Shown here one piece after another: positions 11,644-23,621 of a stretch of DNA of 64,000 nt. The position numbers and the translations under genes are program-made. Location: positions 20,216,857-20,280,856 of the forward strand of contig OZ316893.1 of NCBI GenBank assembly GCA_973895155.1, given 5' to 3'. Origin of the DNA: Marsupella aquatica (taxonomy: Eukaryota; Plantae; Marchantiophyta). The notes beneath the pieces were generated by a model. The model was not told the DNA's origin. It worked only from the letters and a program-made list of their open reading frames with translations, and made no database searches. The first letter of the stretch is position 1. Each line of letters opens with the position of its first letter.

Positions 11644-11930
11644 CTCGGGGGGTTGACTATCAAAAATCTTAGGAAACACGTGTGATCCAAAATAGGTATT
11701 TTTCATAGAAATTAGCTAAATTTTTTAAAAGCGTAGGAAGCAAAAGAAGGTATTATAGACCAGTATTTATAGAATATTCTCTAATATATACCTTTTATAA
11801 AGTAAAATAGGTCATTAATATTGAAAATAGAGAACGTTTTTGGAATATTCCCATTATAAAATAGGTGTGTTTATATTAGACTAGGATCGCATGTGATACC
11901 CCAAAATATACACTAAGTTAACCCCCCGAG
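11644..11930. mobile_element. MITE (287 bp), copy 1, 8-bp TSD (hAT-like), inside the CACTA element
   Basis: TIR CTCGGGGGGTT(G/A)ACT. TSD ATATATAT on both sides. AT-rich interior homologous to 13273-13560. Confidence 0.85.
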
Positions 11931-12219
11931 ATATATATACCTTATTTACGTACATTGTAATTATAACATTCTTTGTTGTTATTTTACTTAAATTGCTTCA
12001 CTCTCCCCTCTAGCTAGTGAAACTGGTCATTAAGTCCTACCACTTAACATCAAATGAAAGCTCAATTCCAATTATATTCCTTTGAAGTTGACCCTTCCCA
12101 TACTGAGTCCCATGTCCATACATTTGGAAAATTATCAGGGATACAATGACTTGCCTTAGAAGAAACATGTAAATCCCCCCATGCCACTCCTAAGCCCCCA
12201 CTCTAACAAAACCCAATTG

Positions 12220-12610
12220 GTCCGATTCCCAACAAAACGGACACCATATGCCATACCAAAACCATCGGATACTATTTCCGTTCCTATCCGCTTCATATAA
12301 AGATCGGAAACCATTATCGATACTATTTATATCGGAAACATTTCCGTTCTTTCTAACATCACAAACAATATGTGAATATCAGGGTATCGGACGCCTCCTG
12401 CTCCACGGCCATGACATTGTCTGATTTTTTTTGAATTGGAAAATGTCTGATGCAATTACAATGGTACAACGCATCCGATAGTTTTAGTATCGGTAGTACT
12501 GTTACCGATGTAGGTAACATGGCAAATATGCGTGGAAAATAGAATCGGAAATTAACAATGTTTTGAGTATCGGAAAGCCACTCCGGCGCGAAAAAGAGTA
12601 TCGGAAAAAG
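12220..12610. repeat. CACTA right subterminal repeat region (ATCGGA/TCCGAT motifs)
   Basis: Repeated atcggaaa, atcggat, tccgata and gtatcgg motifs immediately inside the right TIR. Confidence 0.8.
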
Positions 12611-12812
12611 CCAAAATATGTATGAGTGTTTGCATGTGCACGATCTGCAATTCTAATTAATTCAGCCGAGTTGGTTCTTGAAGGTTATAATTTTGATCCA
12701 TTGCTGATCCATCTACTGCCATCGTCTAATTCTCGATAAGACTCCTGTCTATATGAATCAAGCACCTTTTTTCATCCTTCTTCAGCATGACTATAGTCAT
12801 ACATTATTTTGT

Positions 12813-13780
12813 TCAAATGTGTATGTACAAATTCCTCATCGGAAGGATTATAAAAATGCAAATCACTTGGAAAAAGGTACTCCAAATGTTGCCTGCAGCT
12901 ACATATCTAGTGTTTAGGGAGCTTACAAGAGAATGGGCCCATATGTCTATCTTCATCCAAAGCAAAAGGGAGGGTCTAGCTCCGAAGAGAGCATGCATTT
13001 ACTCAAAATGAGGACAGAGGCGGTTGAGTTTGTCCTTTAAGGTCATCCCAGCCAGTGACTATTCCTCTATTAGCCTTGCTCCAATGCCATTCTTCACTTC
13101 AAGATCGAGCTTGCTTGTATCTCATTTTGTAACACTAGAATCTTTTCGTCAAATTTGGTGCAGTAATTTCCTTGGGGAAACCATGATGAATGAGTGCAGC
13201 CAACGTGTATTCATGACAGTGATCTTAGACTAGTATTTCTGCCCAATCTTTGTTCTCATGCCTATCCGTGCACTCAGGGGGTTAACTAAGTGTATATTTC
13301 AATGGGATACCATGTGTGATCCTAACCTAATATAAATAAACCTATTTGAAAAAATATAAATCCAAGAATATTCATCATTTTCAATATTAATAACTTATTT
13401 TACTTTACAAAAAGTATATACTAGAGAGATTTCTATAGACATGAGTTTATAATACCTTCTTTTGCCTTCTACGCTTTTTAAAAATTTGGTTAAATTCTAT
13501 CAAAATACCTATTTTGGATTGCACGTGATTTCTAAAATTTTTGATAGTCAACCCCCCAAGTCCGTGCACTATTGCAAAGTTTTCAGGGATCTCAAGGTAC
13601 GAGGCTATGAGGTCATAGTCTTCATCCTTCAAGCAAAACTTCTCAGCATGGACTCAATACTGCTAGGTTGCACCAATTGGCCTTGGTGGCTTGAAAGCAG
13701 AGCCTTTGCTTCTCCAAAAACCTTCTCTCACAAAACCCTGGCTCCCTCTGCTAGACATTGTGCTCAACGAGTGTGAGCAT
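12813..13780 (-). pseudogene. Degenerate Myb/SANT-like DNA-binding gene of PIF/Harbinger type, interrupted by a MITE
   Basis: With stops and frameshifts it reads KDEDYDLIASYLEIPENFAIVHG..GMRTKIG...NLTKRF*CYKMRYKQAR...GMTLKDKLNRLCPHFE*MHALFGARP. The CPxFxxMxxLFGxRP ending resembles Harbinger accessory proteins. Confidence 0.5.
13273..13560. mobile_element. MITE (288 bp), copy 2, inverted relative to copy 1
   Basis: Ends CTCAGGGGGTTAACT...AGTCAACCCCCCAAG. 8-bp TSD TCCGTGCA at 13265-13272 and 13561-13568. Confidence 0.9.
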
Positions 13781-16616
13781 ACTGACGAAGATGTGGGCTT
13801 GTCAAGAATGGACTACAAGTAATTCATTTTAAAACCCTTAATTTTTTTAATAAAAAACCACTTATAAAGTACTGAGGCATGATCAATTGCACATGTATAG
13901 TTATTGCACTTGTGGCTATGAAGTATCTATGAAATGTAGCCCCAAATGTACCCTAGACACATTACACTACATTCATGATCAAGTGCACCTGGCGGTGTCT
14001 GTACTAGCCAGGCCCTATGACTAATTTGCACCTGTAATTCAATGTATGGACAAGTTTTATGCCCTACAATGCACTACAAAGATAATTATCAAATGCACAT
14101 GTGATATATATGTTGCACAAGTACGTTCTATGGACCAATCATGGGAGCTTCTAACTACTACTTACATTACAAAGACAATCAAGACAGTGCATATGTGATT
14201 CCAATGCACATGTATAGATTAGTGACAATCCATAAACTACACTACAAAGACAATCACTTGCAAATCAAGTTTAGCTATTACACCAGATATTGTGTTGTTG
14301 CACATCATGTAAAAAAATAGGACAGAAGATTAGACATGAGCTTACACATTCACAAAAAATACAATGAATATAGAAGAAATTGAGATAACTCACGTTAGTA
14401 TCAGACACAGTTTCATTCTGACAACACAAAATCCCCGTCCTCCTCGTCCAAATCCTATAGTTTACACTAGAGGTTACAATTGTGAAAACTTAAAGTGTTC
14501 ATATACATGATACTTAAGAGAGTTACACATGGCCCAATCTGTGCATGACATGTGGCATATAAGTGTGCGACAATACCCTTGCATAAAATAAGAAATAATA
14601 ACCAGCAATGGAAACTATATACCCTAAGTTGTCATAGTATAAGCAAAAACTTATCCTCTTATGACGGCCTTCATGCAAAGAAGTATGTGTTTGTAATAAT
14701 TAGTTGAAAACAATTTAAAATACCCAAATTTGTTTGCATGTGGTTAGAAGAACCCAATGAGTGATTCCCTAGGGGCAAGTAATCAGCAATCTTGTGCTGA
14801 ACCTTGTCACTAAGGGCAATTCGTGCTCAAACTAAAATGTCAAATGCTCGATCACATATATACATAGATTCAGACGAGGCAGTGTCCATGGCTTTCAAAT
14901 TTGTGCACCGAAGGAGGGAGATGTTGAGGTTGCCAAAATTTGAAAGATGTGTGCAAATCTGCAGTATTGGGGAAGTTGAAATCCGGCAATCCTGAATTTT
15001 CAGTGCATACAATGAGTCTGTCAACGGCAATTAAAGTGCAATTGATGCATTACATGTCAACTCTGATTCCCATTTAAAACCCTGCAATTTTGGAATGGAG
15101 AATTTTCACTATCCACCCAACATGGCAGCTTATGGCTGGTTCGGGTTGGGACATACCGAGCGGGAGGGGAAAGGAAGCCCATACTTGAAACGGGATATAG
15201 GCCGTAATAAGAGCCATACGGGGCAGGTCAAACCCAACTCCCCCCTTTTTTCAAATTCCCGTGAGGGGCTCCCGGGGCCTGTGTTACGGGATGAGTTCAA
15301 AGGCCGTAACTTTGGATTAAGGCCTGGGTTTGAGACGCCCTACTCAAGCTAAAATGTCTGAGCCAAATTCCAGGACCCTGAATATAAAGTTGTCAGGTCT
15401 AGAGGACATGAACAAAAGTGGCCCTTGGGTCCATTCTTTTAGACTACCTCAATAGGAGAGTGTAAGTTTTTGACCAAAAACATATACACATCAGCATAAA
15501 AAAGGGACCCACAAGGGGCCTATTGGCAGATGAGTAGGATTGGCAATGGTTTTGTATGATTATGTCCCGAAATTCATATAATGTGAGGTGTGGCCTGTTC
15601 TCACATTTGAATCACATCTCATGCCACATAGAAAGAAAAAATGTTGCCTCCTAGTTCCTGTCAAGTCGCCCTTAGAAAAGCAAAAACATGCACTTCCAGG
15701 GTACCTTTCTCAAGAGCATATACATACCGAGCATTGGACAGCTTAGACAACTGAAATCTGTGCATCCAACGACTACAAAATGCAAAGGATGCCATAATCC
15801 ATTGTGTATATACATAATGCTCGTCCGCCAGTTTAGAAAAATGAAGAATCACTTGGAAAGAGATGCTCTTAGGATGGTTTCCAAAAATTAACTAAACACT
15901 TGGAAAAAATACCCCACCTGCCTGCGGCTTCAGGACGCAGTACAGTACCCTTTGGAGCTTTGGAGCCCCTAATTCACCATGTACCCATAACTAAGGGCTG
16001 ACGTGTCAGTCTATTGAGGGCGCCAGTTACTCCCCCTACGAGGTCATTTTTGCCAGCCCTGGAATATCCCTCGAACGCTGACGTCGATCCGCTCTTATTA
16101 CGATCCATTCTGCCATTAGATAATTATTGTTGTGAAGTTTCACGTTCTCGATCGCCGCGTTCGGTATTGTTGAGATTCAGCTTCGATTGTATTACAGCTC
16201 AAGCGCATCATCCTCTCTAGCACCATCGATCCGGAATTGGCCGGTACATTCGTCGTGCCTCTCAGGTATGCTTGGTCGCCTCGTTCCGTCTACCATCCCT
16301 TGAAACGGGTCTGGTGATCTCCTACATGTGCACTTCTTTCTAAAGCATCATTCTTCGGAACGGTGTTCTTTTTCTTCTGCAAGTGAACGTTTCTGTTGTA
16401 CAGAGATCTCTCCTCGTTTTTCTGTTGCCTGTCGCTGTCTAAGCATTTGTGCCTGCAATGTGGTAATTCTGCTTGGTGGCAGCGGATTCTTTTATATTTT
16501 CTGCGCCTGTTGCTGCTCGATTTGAGTGATTGTGGGATGTCTGTCTCCTTTCCTGATAGTTAACGGGACGAATCGTGGCGAGCAGGGGAGCGTAGTAGCA
16601 GCAAAAATTAGGAGAA

Positions 16617-19048
16617 ATGGCTGCAGGACTACCAACTTCGCGTAACTCATCTCTTATTGCTGTCATCGGAGACGAGGTGAGTGAGCGCGTGATTGGTTAT
16701 GTATGTTTTCCTTTGTCTGTTTCATTTTTATCTCGTCTTGCTCGCGTAGCTTGTTTGGAACTTGAGGCTCAAGAAAGGGAGTTTTGGGAAGTAAGTGCAT
16801 TTGCGAGATTGCGATGCTTTCGGGTTTAGGGTTTAGGGATGACCTTTCGGCTCTAGCTAGAATTTGACGATTGCTTGTCGGGCTTGGCTTTCATTTCGGA
16901 TCGCAGATTGTCGTCTCCTTGTAGTGTTTTCCGTGATTGATGGCTGTTTTAGGGCGGGACGCAATTGACAGTGCTTTTGACCAATAAGATTAATCTGAAT
17001 TCTGCTTGATCTTGGATTCATTTGATATGTTCGATCTGTGTTTCTTGTTTGAACTCGATGTGATTCTCCTGTTGTAGTCTTTCCCGCATAATCTTACGCG
17101 GGCTAGGGTTGGACAGTACCAAACGAGGTGCTCAGCTGTACTGAGCAGCTATTGGTATCTGGCAGGATACCGTGACTGGATTTTTACTGGCTGGAGTCGG
17201 TAATGTCGATCTTAGAAGGAAGACCAACTACCTCGTCGTGGATAACAGTGAGTTCCACTTTATGAAGGAAATGAGTCCTGGGCTCTTGGAGTATAAGAAA
17301 TTTCTTCAATTCTTTTGATCTAGTTATGTCGTAATCCAGGTTGTTGTCGACAAGACTGTATGTTTATAGCAAAAACCTCTTTCTTTTTCCACAGAAACTG
17401 CTGTGAAAACCATCGAGGATGCGTTCAAGGAATTCACTAACCGGGAAGATATTGCCATCGTACTCATCAGCCAATACGTAAGTACAGTTCTTCCACTAAA
17501 AAAAATTCTGAACTTTGAGTGTATCTTGCTCGCAACTGGAGGGCTCATTGATTCCACTTTCTCTAACTGTCTGAGGGCATTGAGGATGTTTCCGAGTTTT
17601 GTCGTCTTGATCATGATAGATCCTTGTCTTGAGGTCTAGTCGCTGCTTCTCGAGCTTTATGGTTAAGAGCCGCCTTTGTTATGAGACACGAGCCACTGAG
17701 ACAACAGAAAATGTCAATAGCTACATAAAGTGGTTGTCATCTATCCAAATTGTTCTGAAATTGCAAGGACACTTGGATGAGGTTTTGCTTTAGCAAACTA
17801 ATCCAAGCAAAGTAATTGAAGGGGGTGTCATTCGTCTTAGTGGTCACCTCGAGAGTGGAGTAACTCCAATGATTTTTCTGGTACAGATTTTCGTTCTAAT
17901 TGCTGAATTTGCAATGTTGAACCGTAGAAATATCTGAGGAGTTCTCTTTTCAAAGTTATCCGCATACTGTGAGAGGCTCGAGATGAGCTCATCAATGTCT
18001 GTACTGGATCGTAAGAACTTGACGTGTAGGTGAGGACCGCGAAGTCCAGAGACGCATGTGAAGCCTTGCAGGCTTACTCGTCACACTTCAGGCCTATTCA
18101 GATGTTAGCCAAAGAGACTTAGAGAAGGCTTGCGAGCTTAAAGCGCCACGGTCCATCATAAGACCTAGATCCACAGGTTTCACCATTAATAGGATTTTTT
18201 TCTTGAAATCGTTCAGGAGCCTGACACAGTAGAGAAAGGGAGTGACTGAATGTGAACAAAGGGGGAAATCTTGGACACTTCCCGCTTGTATAGGGCTAGT
18301 GGTGGTGTAAACTTCACTCTATGAGAGCCTTACTTCCGTGAACATTATTAATCATAGACTTTTGGGAATGGTCTGCATAGTCGAAGTCGTTGAAAGGAAG
18401 AGACGTTTGACTGCAATCGAAATGGAGTAGTCAATGACCCCGATGTCCGTTCAGAGGGAACCAAAGTCTGGCTTCAGTCACTTTGAGCAATCGATTAACG
18501 GAATCATATGACTGAGGCTTTGGTCAAAGATCGGTTGAATATGTGCTTGGTATGGGCTTCTCACGTTTATGAGCCCTTCATGGAGTGTGTCCGAGAGATA
18601 GAATATGAGGCTTAGTGTGCAGAGTCGAACTCTAACAAAACACTTAGAAAATACAAGGAAAGTTCTAGGACGTGTTCAGAGAGCAGGAGGTTACGATCTT
18701 TCCAGTGACCAGGTTTCTCCTCCTTTGATACTGGATCCAGCCCTTTTTGGGAGAAATTGAGGCCGTCTCTTTGGGGTGGGTTGAATTTCTTTCAGCTTAG
18801 CATTTGCAACTAACTTAGGTCGGAGTTCGAATAAATTGTTTCGCGTCGAAGCTGACGTTCATCATTTTCTGTCCAATGTGTAGATTGCCAATATGATCAG
18901 GTTTTTGATTGACAGTTACAATAGGCCTCTGCCGGCCATATTGGAGATACCCTCGAAAGACCATCCATATGACCCATCGCAGGATTCGATCTTATCAAGG
19001 GTGAAGCACATGTTTTCGGGCGAAGCCAGTGCAAGTGAGGCTCGTTGA
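16617..19048 (+). CDS. VHA-F: V-type proton ATPase subunit F
   Basis: Exons 16617-16676, 17166-17247, 17395-17477 and 18884-19048 (390 nt, 129 aa), all GT-AG: MAAGLPTSRNSSLIAVIGDE/DTVTGFLLAGVGNVDLRRKTNYLVVDN/KTAVKTIEDAFKEFTNREDIAIVLISQY/IANMIRFLIDSYNRPLPAILEIPSKDHPYDPSQDSILSRVKHMF. Probable 5' UTR intron ~16266-16403. Confidence 0.97.
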
Positions 19049-20929
19049 GGAACTGCGAATTCTTAATTCTATGAATTTTTTAAAAATATATGTAAATAAG
19101 GTATCCCCGTCCTTCATGCTGATAAGGCCTAGATACACTATTTGTCCAAGGAACTCTGGCGGTTTGGATTTCACACGGACGTGAAGCTCTTTCATGGGGA
19201 GCAAGTTCAGGAGGCTCATGAGTCTCACCACCATAAAACTCATGATCAAAACTCATCATGTGGTGATGAAAGCAAGTAGATTCATTAGTCCTCTCGACCA
19301 GGGTGTACAGTAAGTGTTTAGAGCACAAGTTATCACAAATGCTGAAGTGATGATATCTTTGATGATCTTTCGCTTTGTGATAGATATGAAGCAATCTGCG
19401 TTCTTAGAAACATGTCACAGATTAAAATATTCTTTTCTGGAATGAAACACTGGGCAAGGACAATCAGAAAATGTGAACACTGTTGATGAACTTCTGTGGT
19501 TTGGGTTGTTGTACGTGTGGGACAAACAAGTTTTCACTGATGCAGGATTGTGTAATCAGATTCCAAGCTTGTCTCTGTGCTGTTGACTTTTCCATCGTAA
19601 TTAGAATTGCATGGTTTACATGGACCAACTAGAGTTGATCATACGGTCGACCCATATTCGAGCAACCTCCCTTCCTCCTTTGGGGTTCTGCATATGCGAT
19701 GCCTCAGAACTTTTTGCAGTTAGAAAATGAAAAAAAATAAAAATAAATAAATAAATAAATAAATATATATATAGTGAACGCAATACTGCGATCTTGTAGA
19801 AAGCACAGTAAAGCGTAAGACAGGTATCAGATCACAAAAAACTGCGAAGCTAGAACGGAGTCGTTGTGAATTTCTTCCCTGAATTCTTGCTTACCCATTT
19901 GTAGAGTTATCAGATGGGAACCTCCCGTGATCCTTTTGCCGACATAGGATTTCTACGTTTGGATGGGATCTGTAGAAACTGCACTTCAATGAGGATGACA
20001 TAGATTTGACTTCATTTGTGGAGCTATGAGCTCAGAAAGCATCTCCTTCCCAAACGTTACAGTGAAAAATAATTTGAAAACTTGAAAATAGGATTCGAGA
20101 ACTTGAATGAGAAATATGAAAATTGCATTTTACCTTCCGGGACATCGATTTAGCAGGAGAAAACCTTGATTTTTATGCAAAGAGCAATTTGGCATTTAAA
20201 TAGAGTGCCACAATCGTTTGCAAAGGATCGATCACAAAGTGGTACACTCCACAGCTCGGACTGTCCCCACTTCATCTTAGTTTTCGGTGATTTTTGCTAG
20301 TCATGGAAATGAGAACTCATCCTTGACAATAGGTACTCCTTGAAGCATGACTTGGCTCACGGTCATTTTTGCCACGGAAATGAACACCCATCTTTGACAA
20401 TGGTTGCTCCTTGACTAGGCTCACTCAAAACCTGCCCGTGGCTGTATGGACTGGAGTTGCAAAGTGGATGCCAGCCCCATCTCAACAATTGAGGGGTCTC
20501 AAAGCTTCAAAGTTGTGCATGTTGATTTTTGGCCATAGCTTTCTCCCATAGTTTTTCACAGGGGTGTGTAAAGGGTTTTGCTTTTTCTAGCCTTCACAGT
20601 GTTTTATGGTCATGGCATATAATAAAAAAGTAATGGACTATGAATTGGGTCATGGCATATAATCAATCTTTCTGGCAAAAAGTAATGGACTATGAATTTG
20701 GTACTAAGAAACTTATTCTGTATGTAACTTTTTGTGTTTGTAAATTTGACTAGAGTCAAGGGCCATCAAATTCTGAGTTTGGATGCACCCTACTAATTAG
20801 TCCATAACTTTTTCTGGTCATGCTTCTGGTCACTGCATATGACCCATCTTTATGGCAAGAAATTATGGATTACTATGGTAGTCCGTTATTTTTCTGTCCA
20901 TGACAGGTCCATAAAATTTTGAGACCGAT

Positions 20930-21330
20930 TGGATCGGAAGTGTGTGTGAAGTTGACAAGCTCCCACTCCAGTACTTAGTAGTTCCAAGAAATGAGGATCA
21001 AAGGTTGTCGGTGAATATGCCTGGGATACTCCTGTGAAATTGTGGCACACTTTGAGGGTGGGGTCTGTTCGAACATCTGGAAGGAGAGGAGTATGCATTT
21101 TATGGAGCTCATCCGTTCGAACCCACACTGGGTAATCCACAAATCATGGCACCGCTTAGGAATTTACATTGGGAAGGACTGGGCTCGTCATAGATTTAGA
21201 ATCAGGGTTGGGAAATCCTCTTCGGGGGATGCTTTGAATGATATGTTTTTTGATTATGGCACTTGAGCTGGTTTATGGGAAATTCATGATGAAAACCTTC
21301 AGGTACCACCTGTTCCTCCCAGCCCACCCT
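20930..21330 (+). mobile_element. Possible 3' fragment of a LINE ORF2
   Basis: Peptide ...NIWKERS...WVIHKSWHRLGIYI resembles the IWKERN C-terminal motif of plant LINEs, followed by a repeat-rich tail. No RT motifs are visible. Confidence 0.35.
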
Positions 21331-21592
21331 GAAGTGCTCCCCTGTTCAGGACTTGAAGCTGCAATGCAGAGTCGACTGATAGAATTACACTTCCATCTCT
21401 GATCCCCTCCTAGGTACCCCGCCGGACCCTGTTCACTGGCCAGTGTGAAGGGGTGTGAAGTAGTGTGCCACTCCCTCCTGCAGTAGTTAAATCGCTGGTT
21501 TGGCTGAGTCCTTGGTCTTGCTTCCTTTCCTGGTGCCCCCCCCCCCCCTTTCTTTGGGGCACTTCTACCTTTGGTCCCCCCCAGGTGAGGAC

Positions 21593-21785
21593 CCCCTTTT
21601 GTGGGCCACCCCTGTTGTATGCTGGCTTAAATTCAATTGGTTTTTTAGAGTGAAAAAAACCCTTTTGTGGCCCACCCCTGTTGTATGCTGGCTCAAATTC
21701 AATGGGTTTTTTTTAGAGTTGAAAAAACCCCTTTTGTGGGCCACCCCTGTAGTATGTTGGCTTTTGGAATGAAAGTCAATTGGTT
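21593..21785. repeat. ~68-bp tandem repeat, ~3 copies
   Basis: ccttttgtgg(g)ccacccctgttgtatgctggct..aattcaat unit recurs at ~21595, 21662 and 21730. Confidence 0.85.
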
Positions 21786-23621
21786 TTCTCGAGGGGGAAA
21801 AAAAGTTGTCGGTGAATCGAACGTGCTCCGAAAAATCAACGACGGCACGACTACCTGGTATGAAATGGTATCATATACACAGCTCATTCTCGCAAGATTT
21901 CCCTCTCAGGAATTGGCCTGCACGCATCGGTCCATGCCGAAAGAGAGCTCGGGAACGCTGATCTGCTGCTGGCATCCACTGTTTGAATGGTCCGGACCAA
22001 TGTTGATGGTCTTGGCCAAAACCATCAAATCTCCTCCCAGAAACAGGTGAACACGGAGTCCACATAAAATCCATTGAGAAACTCCACCTAAGAGTTTGTT
22101 TTTCTTCCGCCTAAAACTTTGACGACATTCACGAGTTTTGGTGCAAAAACTGTCACTATGATACCAGAAGCTTGTGGCGAGCTAGCCCACAATGAAGGTT
22201 AGTCGCATCTGGTCATTACGAACTAGACGGCCTGAACAGAGGAATAAGCACTCACAGAGTAGTTTTTGGTTTTGGAATTTCATGTCCGGAGTAGAATTAT
22301 GGAGATTGTCCCCCCATTTTCCTTGCCGCGCACACTCGTACTTAATATCGACATTAGTCAACAATCCTGATCAAAACTGCCCCTTCCGTCTACTAAGTTG
22401 CCAACTAGTGAAATGATGCAACTAAGTCCTGATGTGCATTACGTCTACTCAATGTTAACATTATTTTAGTCCCTCCTTGTAATCAACGAGGACAGTTTAA
22501 AAAATCATTTAGTTGGTGATGGTTTTGAATTGCATCTTTAAGACTGGATATGGATGCATTTCGGTCATAGACGATCTCATAGAAAACTGAACACCAAGAA
22601 ATTGTTGTGAATTCGACGGCGTTGATGGAATCGCCTGCCTGTTGGAGACTATCTTTCAACGAGATCTGCTAAAGGCCTCAATTACGTATCTTCTGTCGTC
22701 ACACAGCTACAGACGTGAAGAATCTGACAATCATGCCGGTCAACGGTTGCACAGCCCGGGACACTACAGGGTCAAGCACTTTTGGTTGTGACTGTGATGA
22801 AATTCATCATGTACTTGGCCGCCTCGTCGAGGTTCTCCTCGAGCACAAAGCTCGGCCTTTGGCAGATCTCGTTGAAAGATAGTGGGGCGCCGAAGGTGAT
22901 GTCAATTTTGCCCCGCTCGATCAGCGTTGGTCAATGGTTTTTGCAAAAGTAGTCATGACAGGTTGGATACAAGCGAATGTTGGTTCGGTAGTCGTTGAAG
23001 AGATCAGGCGCCACGAGGTGTGCATAGCCGAGGCTGGAATCAGGTTGCAGGACATGTGCAAGGATGTCTGACCGTTGGATACGAAATTTTGGACTTCTGA
23101 TCGAGGACTCTCTCAGCCTTCACTCACGACGCTTACAGTCAACTGCTGCAGACGCTTCGTGGGCGAAACACACGAGGGCCAATGTTTTCAATTTTAGAGA
23201 GCAGCTCGATCGAAACTAGTGGATTTGTACCGCTACTAGTGTTTGATCGATTAGGAAAGACACATCCTCGAGTTTTGAGGAGACTATAGATGATGCCTAC
23301 CTTTGAAGCGGTACCTCTCCAAATGTATATGCTCTAAGCAACAGCAAAGGCTGCAAAAGAGTCCATCGCTTTTATTGTAGGGGTGACTTCTCGCGTTGAC
23401 CGAAGCAGGGTATAGAGTGGCCAGATTTACCTGTGGGTCTTTGAGAGTGTTTCTGTTAGCGGGATTACTTGGACGGATTGTCATGACGACCATTTGGGGT
23501 CTGCCAGGGTGCTTCACAAGCTGGAGAAAATGAAGATGAGAGTCACCCTATAATTTTTTTTTCCAGAACTGAGGTCTGGATCGACGTATCTCTGGTGGAA
23601 AGGGAGCCTTATCTGGAGAAT

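Larger units (their letters stand above)
1720..12628 (+). mobile_element. CACTA (En/Spm) DNA transposon, ~10.9 kb, degenerate
   Basis: Left end CACTAGTACATTTTGAGCCCTTTTACCGATCCTC at 1720. Right end reads CACTCATACATATTTTGGCTTTTTCCGATACTC on the - strand from 12628 (imperfect TIR). 3-bp TSD TTT at 1717-1719 and 12629-12631. TCGGA/TCCGA-rich subterminal regions. Internal En/Spm-type transposase and TnpA-like genes. Confidence 0.92.

Noticed and set aside
16822-16838. GGGTTTAGGGTTTAGGG telomere-like repeat
   Set aside because: Only ~2 units in a VHA-F intron. This is a common telo-box-like motif, not a telomere relic.
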